Below are positions 40,355 to 49,369 of a stretch of 64,000 nucleotides of DNA, piece by piece (position 1 is the stretch's first letter; every line of letters starts with the position of its first letter). The stretch spans positions 1 through 64,000 of IMG/VR virus record IMGVR_UViG_3300003322_000968, one strand, 5' to 3'. The notes beneath the pieces are model-generated. The model did no database searches. It was given only the letters and a program-made list of their open reading frames with translations, and was not told where the DNA came from. The position numbers and the translations under genes are program-made. Source of the stretch: a virus.

Positions 40355-40610
40355 TAAAAACAACGCACCAAACAACGCACCGAAGATTCAAAAATTACAT
40401 TCAAATAATTGTATATCAATGACATAAGCATATGTACAGAAATCCCCCTAAAGGGGATATTTTATTTTTAATGTAATTCATTGTAAATCTATTGAAATCG
40501 GCCATGGTATTGTGTTTTAGGGGTAAATTTCATAACGAATAACCTTAACCTATCTTAACCTACATTCACCCACCTTTACCTTAAATAACGCACCAAACTA
40601 CGCACCAAAA
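40355..40610. other. attP-like site: paired arm-type repeats around a palindromic core
   Basis: AACAACGCACC x2 (40359, 40371) and AATAACGCACC/AACTACGCACC (40584, 40596), each with a 12-bp period; ATCCCC-CTAAA-GGGGAT near 40442-40458; adjacent to the integrase. Confidence 0.7.
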
Positions 40611-40641
40611 TTTGCTATATTCGTTTAAAATAAACCCATAT

Positions 40642-41754
40642 ATGGCAAACTACAAAATCACATTCCGAGTGCGCTGGGACAAATATAGCGCCGCGCAACA
40701 AGGCTACCCAATTTGGTTAAGGTTTAAAGTGAAGGGGTGTAAAGAAAAGTTTAAGGAAACGGAGCTTTATATACAAAGCCGCGAGCAATGGAGCGGTAAA
40801 GAGGTTAAAAAACACCCCGATGCCCAGAAGATGAACATCCTGCTGGCAAAGAAGAAAATAGAATTGAATGCCCAGCTTATGAACGACAAAATAGCAGACA
40901 TTCCAATAACAGCAAACTCCCATAAGAAGCAGCGCGGCATCCCCAGTTTTTTTGAGTATATCAAAGAGGTTCGCGGCACGAACAGAAAAACCACCAACCT
41001 TATAAATAACATAAAAGAATATTTGGGTTACGAGCCCTCTATCCATGAAATTGACATTGCCTGGCTGCGTAAGTATGAAACTCATTTACGTAAGAAGCTA
41101 AAGTATAAGGATAATTCCATAAATACCATATTCAAGGTATTGCGTCGGGTAACCAACCAAGCCGTATTGGAGAAGCACATCAAAGAGAGGGTGATTGGCA
41201 AGGGGGCCTACCAAATGCCCGCTGCTGGTAAAACCACACCTGTTTTCCTTGTAAAAGAGGAGCGCGCAAGATGGATGAAGGGGCTTGTTGAAAATGAGAT
41301 TGCAAACCCTGTAACCCGGCGAGCGCTTCTGTATTTCATGCTATCTTGCTATAGTGGTTTGCGCCATAGTGATCTGCGTAAATTCAATACAGACAAGCAT
41401 GTGATAGATGATATGATTGTATTGCGAGCCACAAAAACCGGCGAATTAATCTGTTATCCGATAGGCGAATCTTTAAAAACAATCATTGCGCTAATTCGCA
41501 TTTTAGGCCCATTGTGCATGGAATATAAGGTTTATAATGCAGCATTGAAGGATATTGCTAAGCAGTTTGAGACCAAGAAAAATGTCTCGACACACGTAGG
41601 GCGTCATTCATTTGGCCGCTTCATGGCAGAACAAAATGTATCAGAATCAGATTGCGCATATTACATGGGAATTGGCATTAAGGTGGTGCAAATTTATTAT
41701 CATATAACAGGCAAAATTAGAAATGATCGCAATCAGCATTTGCGCGTAGCGTAG
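40642..41754 (+). CDS. int: Tyrosine integrase (Bacteroidota Arm-DNA-binding + SAM-like + catalytic domains)
   Basis: YPIWLR N-terminus; GLRHSD (R), ATKTG (K), HVGRHSF (HxxR), QIYY (Y). Confidence 0.9.
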   Translation: MANYKITFRVRWDKYSAAQQGYPIWLRFKVKGCKEKFKETELYIQSREQWSGKEVKKHPDAQKMNILLAKKKIELNAQLMNDKIADIPITANSHKKQRGIPSFFEYIKEVRGTNRKTTNLINNIKEYLGYEPSIHEIDIAWLRKYETHLRKKLKYKDNSINTIFKVLRRVTNQAVLEKHIKERVIGKGAYQMPAAGKTTPVFLVKEERARWMKGLVENEIANPVTRRALLYFMLSCYSGLRHSDLRKFNTDKHVIDDMIVLRATKTGELICYPIGESLKTIIALIRILGPLCMEYKVYNAALKDIAKQFETKKNVSTHVGRHSFGRFMAEQNVSESDCAYYMGIGIKVVQIYYHITGKIRNDRNQHLRVA

Positions 41755-41755
41755 A

Positions 41756-42400
41756 CTACTCTCCAGGGCCCAGTTCTTTTGGGCCCTTTTTGCTGTTCTT
41801 TTGTTCTAAAAGCCGCTTATCGAGGCCGAACATTTTTAAGGCGAGGTAGAACTGGTCTTTTCTCACAATCTTTCCTTTAATAAACTTATCAAGTAAATTA
41901 GCTATTTGTTTTGCCTGTTCGGTAAAGGCGGTGCCCGCTTGTCCGGATTTAAGATCCTTTAAATTCATTAAGGCCCTTTCTATTGTTTTATTCATTTCGG
42001 CTATATCGCCGCCCGATTCTTCCATAAAGGAAATGAACATGGTGCGAAGCTTTGTTAGTTGCTCATCTTCGAGACTTGGCTTGGGCGCTACCAGATCTGG
42101 ATTATCGGCGCCGGGCTGTGGCAAACCCAATTCAGCGCAAATGTGATCAAAGGCCTGAGCGCCCTCTTCATCGGTTACAGGTATCCAATGCCGTAAATAC
42201 TCTGGCATTTCTTCAAATTTTACATTGTACGGACGCGCTGATGTAAATAACCTTACAGTTTCATTATCATCCAGAATCTGGTACTTTATAAACCTTAATG
42301 GCAGGCCATCTATATTGTAAGTGCTATTGATCATCAACTTTAGATGTTCCTTCCATTTCGTTATCTGAGGAACTTCCTCGGGCAGATTGTTGTTGTTCAT
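41756..42400 (-). CDS. Hypothetical protein
   Basis: 214-aa ORF convergent with the integrase. Confidence 0.6.
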   Translation of the reverse strand: MNNNNLPEEVPQITKWKEHLKLMINSTYNIDGLPLRFIKYQILDDNETVRLFTSARPYNVKFEEMPEYLRHWIPVTDEEGAQAFDHICAELGLPQPGADNPDLVAPKPSLEDEQLTKLRTMFISFMEESGGDIAEMNKTIERALMNLKDLKSGQAGTAFTEQAKQIANLLDKFIKGKIVRKDQFYLALKMFGLDKRLLEQKNSKKGPKELGPGE

Positions 42401-43364
42401 TTTCTATGGCTTTTATGGCGCGTTTTAATTCTATGCTTTTGCGCATCATGTTAATAAGTGCCTGATCTTTTCTATTATCTTCTTTTGTATTAGGGTCAAT
42501 AACGTGTCTATTTATCACTCCGACTACATACCAATCGGTGAGGTTTTTAACGCCCTCATCAAAAACAGTTACACGAGTTAGTTGCAAATTCTCAATCTCG
42601 CTAGGGCCGTCTGGATTTATTTTCTCAACCCACATTCCAGGTGGAATTTCGCCTTTGTGTTTGCGCCATAGATACGGAAGCAATAATTGATACTCTCCCT
42701 CTCCAGTCTTTATTAGCTCTCTCTTTTTTCCATCGTGCTTCCAGGCAGTAATGCCGCCTATTGGTATAGTTTCTTTGACATACTTTATTAGTTGCAGATT
42801 GTCAACTGTAAGAGGCGCGTTTTCGTCTATCCAGTCAACTCGCATGCCAAATGGAATATGACCATGGGTTTGCTCCCATAGGTATTTTGCATAGGGTCTG
42901 TACTTTGCCTGATCTAATTTTATGAGCCACTGTTTTCTTTTTTTCCAGTCTCCATATACTATTGCGCCTATTTTTGGGCTCCTTGTTTCATGTGCCTTAT
43001 AAATTGCGGCCAATTTAATTTGTTTGTAATACGGTTGGGAGCGTATGAATTTACGATCCGCCTCAGTGCGCACTAATTGGTGGTGATATATTATTATAGA
43101 AATGTCTTTTTCCCTCATAAAAGAATAGCCCATTTCATTCAGCTTAATGGCCATTTCTCTATTCGCCATTTTTCGAAAGTTGTCTTTTACATATAACAAT
43201 ACTTCTTCAGGATAAATAATCGCCCCTTTGCCTTTAATGTTATATTTTCTGCGTCTTTTTCGTATTTCAGAAACTTTGCAGTTCAGCATAGCGGCCAACT
43301 CATGATCATAAATTTTCCCGGCGTATTTATCGAAGATTTCTATTGCTTCAGGAGTCCAGTTCAT
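42324..43364 (-). CDS. Protein with HTH-like N-terminal repeats and two degenerate HNH-like repeats
   Basis: YLWEQTHGHIPFGMRV...VDNLQL and YLWRKHKGEIPPGMWV...IENLQL. Confidence 0.6.
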   Translation of the reverse strand: MNWTPEAIEIFDKYAGKIYDHELAAMLNCKVSEIRKRRRKYNIKGKGAIIYPEEVLLYVKDNFRKMANREMAIKLNEMGYSFMREKDISIIIYHHQLVRTEADRKFIRSQPYYKQIKLAAIYKAHETRSPKIGAIVYGDWKKRKQWLIKLDQAKYRPYAKYLWEQTHGHIPFGMRVDWIDENAPLTVDNLQLIKYVKETIPIGGITAWKHDGKKRELIKTGEGEYQLLLPYLWRKHKGEIPPGMWVEKINPDGPSEIENLQLTRVTVFDEGVKNLTDWYVVGVINRHVIDPNTKEDNRKDQALINMMRKSIELKRAIKAIENEQQQSARGSSSDNEMEGTSKVDDQ

Positions 43365-43666
43365 GTGAATGCATTTGTTATGATTTCGCGTGCATCATAC
43401 CCGGCTTTGTCACGAGCATATAGGCTGTGTGGTTTATCGAGTTGTCGGCAATTGGCATGAAACCCCCTGCCGGTTTCTGTAGCTATATCTTTCACGCCCT
43501 CCAATGTGAAAAAATAATCATGCTCTCCTATTAGCCCTAGGTTGTGCATTTCCAATATTCTCTCAATGGTAATTTTATTGCGGCCGACCACCATTTCAAA
43601 ATGCGCTCTCGTAAAAGCCTTTTTCATAACGGGTTTGGCCCGCTTTGTTTTTGCCATTTCTAACAA
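43361..43666 (-). CDS. Hypothetical protein
   Basis: ~100-aa ORF in the operon. Confidence 0.5.
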   Translation of the reverse strand: MLEMAKTKRAKPVMKKAFTRAHFEMVVGRNKITIERILEMHNLGLIGEHDYFFTLEGVKDIATETGRGFHANCRQLDKPHSLYARDKAGYDAREIITNAFT

Positions 43667-43680
43667 TTAAAGGTTAAGGA

Positions 43681-44721
43681 TTAATAACGATAAATAGGCT
43701 TAAGGATTATTTGGCTATCCATGTCAACCTTGACGGTCTCTGATTTCTCTCTTCTTATACGCATATTCCAAGCTTCGATTAAATGCTTAACCTTTGTTGT
43801 TATAGAAACGATGTTAGAGCGATTGCGATTGCGGTTTTTTAGGTGTGAAAATTCTTTCTCAAAATAGCCGCGAACAACTTTGACGGGATCATTAGCTTTG
43901 AGTTCAACGCCGCTTGCAAAGCTATCGAGGAATTGTGCGGCTTCGGCCTTCATGCCAGGCAACTGGCCCAATATATACATCATAAAGGCCCACTGTGGGG
44001 CAGTTAGAAAGTTTTTGCTATCCTTCATCCATCTGGTCTTAGCTCTTGTTAAGTGAGCTACAACTTCAACCATCTGTGATTTCTTATTAACAAAAGCATT
44101 CACCTCATAGTTAGGAACATCTTTATCTCCAATTGAGCCCTTAACCATTGACCTGTTTTGGTATAATAGAATTAGCTTAATTGTTTGGGCGATCTGGCGG
44201 CTGTCATTTGCGAAGTTGCCAATCTTAACCATGTCCTCAGCGTTGCGACGTTCATTCAGATCGATATACGAGAATGCGTCATCATCCAAGCCGGTTACGA
44301 TAATATAATCTACAGAAACGCCGCTTAAGTAAATTGCCCAAAGCTTATGCTGCCCATCGATGAGCTTAAGTTTCTTTGTAATTCGTAGTGTATCACCATT
44401 TCGCTCTTTCCACTTCTTTGATTTCATTTGCTCTACATAGGAATTAATCGCCTTCCAGCGTAATTCTCTATTTTGATCATCATCGTTGAGTGTTAGGAGA
44501 TCAAGGGCGATTTCGGGAGTAATTTTTACATAGAAGGGCTTCTCAGGGTCCGCCCGCTTAATACGTTCTATTATGTCCGTTTGTAGTTTATGCCCTTTTA
44601 ATATATCAAGGTAATCGGGTCTATTTATTTTCATTCGAAAGTTGTTTTGGCTTTTTGGGTTGGCCATTCGTTCAGAAGAGGTGGGATTGCTTCTTGTAGG
44701 GGAGATAACAACATTAGCCAT
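43681..44721 (-). CDS. ParB/Srx-like N-terminal domain protein (DGQHR type)
   Basis: ITPEIA..LL...NR, W..NGD, LIDGQHKLWAI, D....R. Confidence 0.72.
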   Translation of the reverse strand: MANVVISPTRSNPTSSERMANPKSQNNFRMKINRPDYLDILKGHKLQTDIIERIKRADPEKPFYVKITPEIALDLLTLNDDDQNRELRWKAINSYVEQMKSKKWKERNGDTLRITKKLKLIDGQHKLWAIYLSGVSVDYIIVTGLDDDAFSYIDLNERRNAEDMVKIGNFANDSRQIAQTIKLILLYQNRSMVKGSIGDKDVPNYEVNAFVNKKSQMVEVVAHLTRAKTRWMKDSKNFLTAPQWAFMMYILGQLPGMKAEAAQFLDSFASGVELKANDPVKVVRGYFEKEFSHLKNRNRNRSNIVSITTKVKHLIEAWNMRIRREKSETVKVDMDSQIILKPIYRY

Positions 44722-44895
44722 ACGCTGTCAGGGTGTTTAGTTTATTAGTTAATGATTTTAACGTCTCGAATTTAACAGAAATAATTTTATTCAAAAAAAT
44801 TAATTATTAATTTTATTAGCACTGTATTTGTATTAAGAATTGCAGTAATTGGTAGATAACATTAACTAACAATCTAAAAACCCTGACAGCGTATG
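44719..44895. repeat. 36-bp inverted repeat (33/36 identical); each arm ends in a start codon
   Basis: CATTAACTAAYAAWCTAAAMACCCTGACAGCGTATG at 44719-44754 (-) and 44860-44895 (+); third copy at 46125-46160 (+). Confidence 0.85.
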
Positions 44896-45039
44896 AAGCA
44901 CAAGACCAGGCCTAAAGCAGCTAACCCCAAACCTCCGCTCCTTTTGCGACTTATTGATCCTCAGCTAATAACACTAACGGGCAAACATGATCCGGCTATA
45001 AATAATAAAATCAAGAAAATTATTTCACGATCTTCTTAG
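44893..45039 (+). CDS. Small basic protein (48 aa)
   Basis: Manual translation MKHKTRPKAANPKPP...; preceded by the conserved 36-bp leader. Confidence 0.4.
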   Translation: MKHKTRPKAANPKPPLLLRLIDPQLITLTGKHDPAINNKIKKIISRSS

Positions 45040-45456
45040 TGACTTCTTGGTTCGCAACTCTCCAACTTCTTTCTGTAGTTTTAGCAACTGTTTGTTTATA
45101 TCAACAAGCTTATCTAAAATAAGCTGCTGACTGGCTTCTATTATTGTCAGCTGTGTTCCCATTATTAATTCAACTGAACCAGCAGCAAGCTTTGCTTGGT
45201 TCAGCAAATAGGGTTTTTCAAAATCCTCCAGATTATGTTTGTGGCGCTTTAGATAATCATTAAAGTGCAGGGCAAACTCCATGCTAATAGGGCGTTTCAT
45301 GTTCATATAGGCGCTAATAAGGCCCGGGGAAACCTTCAGCGCTTTGGCGAGTGCCGCGCTCGTTTTAATATACTTATTTACTCTTAACCAGTTAAAGGCA
45401 TTAATGAACTGATTATTCAGTTTATAGCGATCTCTATGTGGTCTACGCTCGTTCAT
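45025..45456 (-). CDS. CI-like HTH repressor
   Basis: SAALAKALKVSPGLISAYMNMKRPIS HTH with coiled-coil C-terminus; divergent from the Cro-like gene. Confidence 0.7.
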   Translation of the reverse strand: MNERRPHRDRYKLNNQFINAFNWLRVNKYIKTSAALAKALKVSPGLISAYMNMKRPISMEFALHFNDYLKRHKHNLEDFEKPYLLNQAKLAAGSVELIMGTQLTIIEASQQLILDKLVDINKQLLKLQKEVGELRTKKSLRRS

Positions 45457-45600
45457 GGATGTTATATTTTTTTGTTGTTATGATATATGCGAATAGTGTT
45501 GTAGATATTTCGTTTGCTGAATAATCTTCACTTTTTTTGAATAAAATTTACAAGCCCTCTTAAGAGTCGCTAAGATTGTTCAAAAAAACTACAACTCCAA

Positions 45601-45834
45601 ATGGCGATGAATGGCCAACGAATAAAGATAGCCCAAGCATTAATAAAGATAGCTCCAGAGGTTACCGCCAAGGACAGAACAGACTGCGCAAAAAAACTGA
45701 AGCTATCAAAGGAAACTATATGCTATTACCTGGGCGGAAAGGTGTCAAATAATGACAAGGCATTAAAGGTGCTCGAATTCCTAAAGGACCGCATAAAATG
45801 GCGTGAACAAGAAATTCAAAAACTATGCAAGTAG
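45601..45834 (+). CDS. Cro-like HTH protein
   Basis: DRTDCAKKLKLSKETICYYLGG; first gene of the rightward early operon. Confidence 0.65.
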   Translation: MAMNGQRIKIAQALIKIAPEVTAKDRTDCAKKLKLSKETICYYLGGKVSNNDKALKVLEFLKDRIKWREQEIQKLCK

Positions 45835-46118
45835 ATCAACTTAAGAGAATGGAGAGCAGGCTACTGCGGATCGAAAAAATGCTAACAGAGGTGCTTGATA
45901 AAGTGCCGCCGCCCCAAAAAGCGCGTATGACTGAAAAAGAAGTCATGGCAGAGTATAACGTTAGCAAGAATGTGTTGCGCCGTTTGCGGCTTGGCTATAA
46001 GAATAATGATGGCATTGAAGTGCCTGCTGTTCTGTTTAAATGGGGGCATCGGCATGGGAAGAACTTTGATTATGATCGCGAAGAGGTTGAGCGCGTATTG
46101 CGCAGAACGCTTATATAA
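45825..46118 (+). CDS. Excisionase-like / HTH_17-type DNA-binding protein
   Basis: MTEKEVMAEYNVSKNVLRRLR...FDYDREEVERVL. Confidence 0.55.
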   Translation: MQVDQLKRMESRLLRIEKMLTEVLDKVPPPQKARMTEKEVMAEYNVSKNVLRRLRLGYKNNDGIEVPAVLFKWGHRHGKNFDYDREEVERVLRRTLI

Positions 46119-46157
46119 CCACTCAATTAACTAACAAACTAAATACATTGACAGCGT

Positions 46158-46616
46158 ATGAATGATAACACACAATTAGCAGTAGTTGATTCTGAGCAAC
46201 ATCTTCCAGCAAGAAATGAAGGTTTGCAGCCGGTTGAACTTGAGAACATTGCGGCATTACAAAATGCTGAGCCGGCTCCGTTTGACCTTATGAGCGATTA
46301 TTGGAGCCCCGTGAATGCCGGTGAATCAAGGCGCGTACTTTTTGACCGAATTCAAACAATGGCCACGGTTGACCAGACCTCTGGAGAGATTATTGACCTG
46401 GAATGTGCTTTCTTTTTCTATCAGGAACAGCCGGGCGGCTTAACTAAACAGATTCGCAATGGCTCAAAGCGACTTGTTGGCGCCTTACAGGCCTTTAACC
46501 TCCAGCGCCTTACCCCGCTGCTTATAAAATACATGGGCAAAACCAGGAACAAAACCAACGCCAACCTATCTGATAACTGGAGCATAACCCCTTTACGCGT
46601 CGATGTCACCAAATAA
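46158..46616 (+). CDS. Putative OB-fold ssDNA-binding/recombination protein
   Basis: YWSP..GE...LIKYMGK.RNK pattern; upstream of the Gp157-like gene. Confidence 0.45.
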   Translation: MNDNTQLAVVDSEQHLPARNEGLQPVELENIAALQNAEPAPFDLMSDYWSPVNAGESRRVLFDRIQTMATVDQTSGEIIDLECAFFFYQEQPGGLTKQIRNGSKRLVGALQAFNLQRLTPLLIKYMGKTRNKTNANLSDNWSITPLRVDVTK

Positions 46617-47097
46617 GCTATTTAACATCCAGTACGAATATGCGCAATTGTTGGGTAAGATAGAAGAGGCTGAAGGTGAGATTACCCCGGAGATTGATCA
46701 GGCCTTACAGTTTACAGAAAACAGGATGCATGAAGCCGGCGAGAACATCGGTATGAGCATTAAGGCGCTTGAATACTGGGAAGATGACATTGAAGCGGAG
46801 TTAAAGCGCTTAGAAAAAATGCGCAATAGTACACGCAAGGGCATTGAATTATTGAAAAACCGACTAGCCCAGGCCATGCAGCAGTTTGGCATAGAACGCA
46901 TTTCCAGCCCTACAATCACCGTTTCATTTCGTAAATCTGAAGCGGTCGAGATCCTGGATGAGTCTGTTATACCTGCTGCATATTTTGAACCTCAACCGCC
47001 AAAACTGCGTAAGTCCTTAATTAAGGAGACCATTAAAGCGGGCCGCGATGTACCAGGGGCAGAAATAGTACAACGCCAGAATTTACAAATCCGGTAA
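46603..47097 (+). CDS. Siphovirus Gp157-family protein
   Basis: E.KRL...LKNRL...VSFRKSEAVEILDESVIP...IKAGRDVPGAEIV..NLQIR. Confidence 0.88.
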   Translation: MSPNKLFNIQYEYAQLLGKIEEAEGEITPEIDQALQFTENRMHEAGENIGMSIKALEYWEDDIEAELKRLEKMRNSTRKGIELLKNRLAQAMQQFGIERISSPTITVSFRKSEAVEILDESVIPAAYFEPQPPKLRKSLIKETIKAGRDVPGAEIVQRQNLQIR

Positions 47098-47098
47098 A

Positions 47099-47461
47099 AT
47101 GTTAATTATCACTACAGGCCGAACTCCAGATAGAACACCGACTGTGTTTACGGATATTTTCAAGGTAGCCTATCGGGAGCGGTTGCCTATTGATCTGCTT
47201 GTTAAGAAGGTTATAGATGATGGTTATGTTATTGACTGGGATGCGGAGATTGAAGGCGCTTTAAAGCTTGGAATAACACAGGAAACAATATTGAAAGGAT
47301 TAGGCACAGCATATAAATACCTCTACCCCGATCTGCATTTGTACTACCTGGAAAAAGCGAAATGGTATTTACGCTTAAGGCCTAAGAAAGTTGGTAACCC
47401 AGATCACACCATTAAAACCTATATCAATGATTCAAAATCTTCAGCTTCAGGCAATACTTGA
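47099..47461 (+). CDS. Hypothetical protein
   Basis: 120-aa ORF in the early operon. Confidence 0.55.
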   Translation: MLIITTGRTPDRTPTVFTDIFKVAYRERLPIDLLVKKVIDDGYVIDWDAEIEGALKLGITQETILKGLGTAYKYLYPDLHLYYLEKAKWYLRLRPKKVGNPDHTIKTYINDSKSSASGNT

Positions 47462-47810
47462 TACAATAGAGGGAACTGGCTTTGATCAGGTGCAATCTAT
47501 TACGCTCCTAATTGACTGGGGCTTTAAATTACAACAATGGATGGCCTTCGCCGGTAGCCAACAGGCCGAATGCAAACGCGCCTTGCACGTTGCTCGAAGG
47601 CAGGCGATGGTCAACCTTGTTGCAAGCTTGCAGGCCAATGGCGCTGATATGGCAATCTCATTACAAAAACAATATGTGGATGATTTGTGCGCAGAGGAGA
47701 ATTACAACTATGAATTAGCGCAGCGCTGTAATAGGGCATGCGTACACGCCATTGATCTGGTTAGAACAGTAATCACAACACTTCGGACCGAAATTCAGAT
47801 GATCAAATGA
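47427..47810 (+). CDS. Helical hypothetical protein
   Basis: From ATG 47427; ends HAIDLVRTVIT. Confidence 0.55.
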   Translation: MIQNLQLQAILDTIEGTGFDQVQSITLLIDWGFKLQQWMAFAGSQQAECKRALHVARRQAMVNLVASLQANGADMAISLQKQYVDDLCAEENYNYELAQRCNRACVHAIDLVRTVITTLRTEIQMIK

Positions 47811-48475
47811 GTAGACTTATTGATATAACAGGTGTAAGATTCGGAAGAATACAAGTGGTGAGCATGTATACTTTCAAAGGAGGAAGAACTTATTGGTATT
47901 GGAGGTGCGATTGCGGCAGAATTAATTTAAGTGAAGCGTATAGCCTAAAATCCGGAGGTACTAAATCATGCGGCTGTTTCAGGGTCGAGCAAACATCTAA
48001 AAGGAAAATTACACACGGGCTACGCAAACATCCACTGTACGATATATGGAGTAAAATAAAAGAGCGCTGTAATAATAGCAAAAATATAGCCTATAAGAAT
48101 TATGGAGGGAGGGGAATTTCGGTTTTCAAACAATGGGAATGTTCATTTGATTCTTTCTATAAATGGTGTATTGAAAATAAATGGGAAAAGGGACTAGAAA
48201 TTGATCGGATTAATAATAACGGAAATTATGAGCCCCATAATTGCAGAATTGTAACAAGAAAAATAAACTCGCGAAATCGTCGCACAAACAAGCCGATTCA
48301 TTATATGGGGAAATTATATTGGTCTTGGGAACTAGAGGAGATTTATGGAATTCCTAAAATAATAATTCAACGACGGCTGCGCGATTATAAATGGCCAATC
48401 GAAAAAGCCTTAACAATGCCAGTATTAAAAAGAAATCGAAAACTCGTTAATTATGACACAGCTACCGTTGTTTAA
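47807..48475 (+). CDS. Homing endonuclease-like protein (CDCG/SCGC, HNH-related)
   Basis: ITGVRFGRI, WRCDCG, TKSCGC, YGGRGI, EIDRINNNGNYEPHNCR. Confidence 0.85.
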   Translation: MSRLIDITGVRFGRIQVVSMYTFKGGRTYWYWRCDCGRINLSEAYSLKSGGTKSCGCFRVEQTSKRKITHGLRKHPLYDIWSKIKERCNNSKNIAYKNYGGRGISVFKQWECSFDSFYKWCIENKWEKGLEIDRINNNGNYEPHNCRIVTRKINSRNRRTNKPIHYMGKLYWSWELEEIYGIPKIIIQRRLRDYKWPIEKALTMPVLKRNRKLVNYDTATVV

Positions 48476-48767
48476 TGATGAAGAAACCCCACAGCAGCCT
48501 GATAAGAAAACCAGGCCGATGAGTATCCGCGCAAAGGCGCGTAAGATCATACGGGAAGAAGGGCTATACAATTATGCAATGGTGATTAAAGCGGTTTTTG
48601 AAGCTGATGAAAAACACATAGAAGCGAAATACAACATACCAAAATCTGGCTTATGTGACTTATTGATTCGTGAGTTTGATATGGCAGTAGGCTATCAAGA
48701 GTCACTGATTGATTTCCTTCATCATGTAAAAAATATTCCGGGTTACGGTTTACAAAAAATCGAATAA
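48453..48767 (+). CDS. Hypothetical protein
   Basis: 104-aa ORF. Confidence 0.55.
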   Translation: MTQLPLFNDEETPQQPDKKTRPMSIRAKARKIIREEGLYNYAMVIKAVFEADEKHIEAKYNIPKSGLCDLLIREFDMAVGYQESLIDFLHHVKNIPGYGLQKIE

Positions 48768-48768
48768 C

Positions 48769-49023
48769 ATGAATAGGCTCAATACACGTAGCGCAACCAC
48801 TGCTACACCGCACTATCTCTATGATTTGTCTATGCCATTGCCTGAACGGCAATATAAGCGCATGCTTTTCCCAAGCGCTATTGCCGCCGCTGCATTTTTA
48901 GGAGTGCCCCCACAACGCATTTATCTCAGTCGTTCTTCTCGGCATCGTATCTGGTCAGAGGCGCAAGGGCGCTGGTTCGCTGTAAGGATTGCAAATACCA
49001 AAACCATTACAACCAATGAATGA
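48769..49023 (+). CDS. Small HTH-like protein
   Basis: FPSAIAAAAFLGVPPQRI. Confidence 0.5.
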   Translation: MNRLNTRSATTATPHYLYDLSMPLPERQYKRMLFPSAIAAAAFLGVPPQRIYLSRSSRHRIWSEAQGRWFAVRIANTKTITTNE

Positions 49024-49369
49024 TCGCTATCTACTGCAACAGATGCTGCAGCGCGTAAAGGCTATCAATCCTGACTATCCGGCAGATATGCAGATTGACG
49101 GTAGGCATCTTTTAAAAGCAGCCGAATTCGTTTATAAGCAAATGTCCTTAGATCGCGGCGTTGAGAATAATGCCTATGAAATTATACCGGTTTGGGATCA
49201 GCTCTATACCGCCGCCTATAACGACCCTTTCTATAAGGATAAATCCCTGGCGACTATTTGTAACCATATACAAGAATTCTATCAAAAGGTTAAGAACGGC
49301 AATGGAAAACAAATCTCTGGTACCAAGCTCAAGCAAAAGCTTGCTGCCCGCCTTAAGAACAGGAAATAA
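49016..49369 (+). CDS. Hypothetical protein (possibly replication-related)
   Basis: From ATG 49016; DPFYKDKSLATI.N resembles phage initiator C-termini. Confidence 0.45.
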   Translation: MNDRYLLQQMLQRVKAINPDYPADMQIDGRHLLKAAEFVYKQMSLDRGVENNAYEIIPVWDQLYTAAYNDPFYKDKSLATICNHIQEFYQKVKNGNGKQISGTKLKQKLAARLKNRK

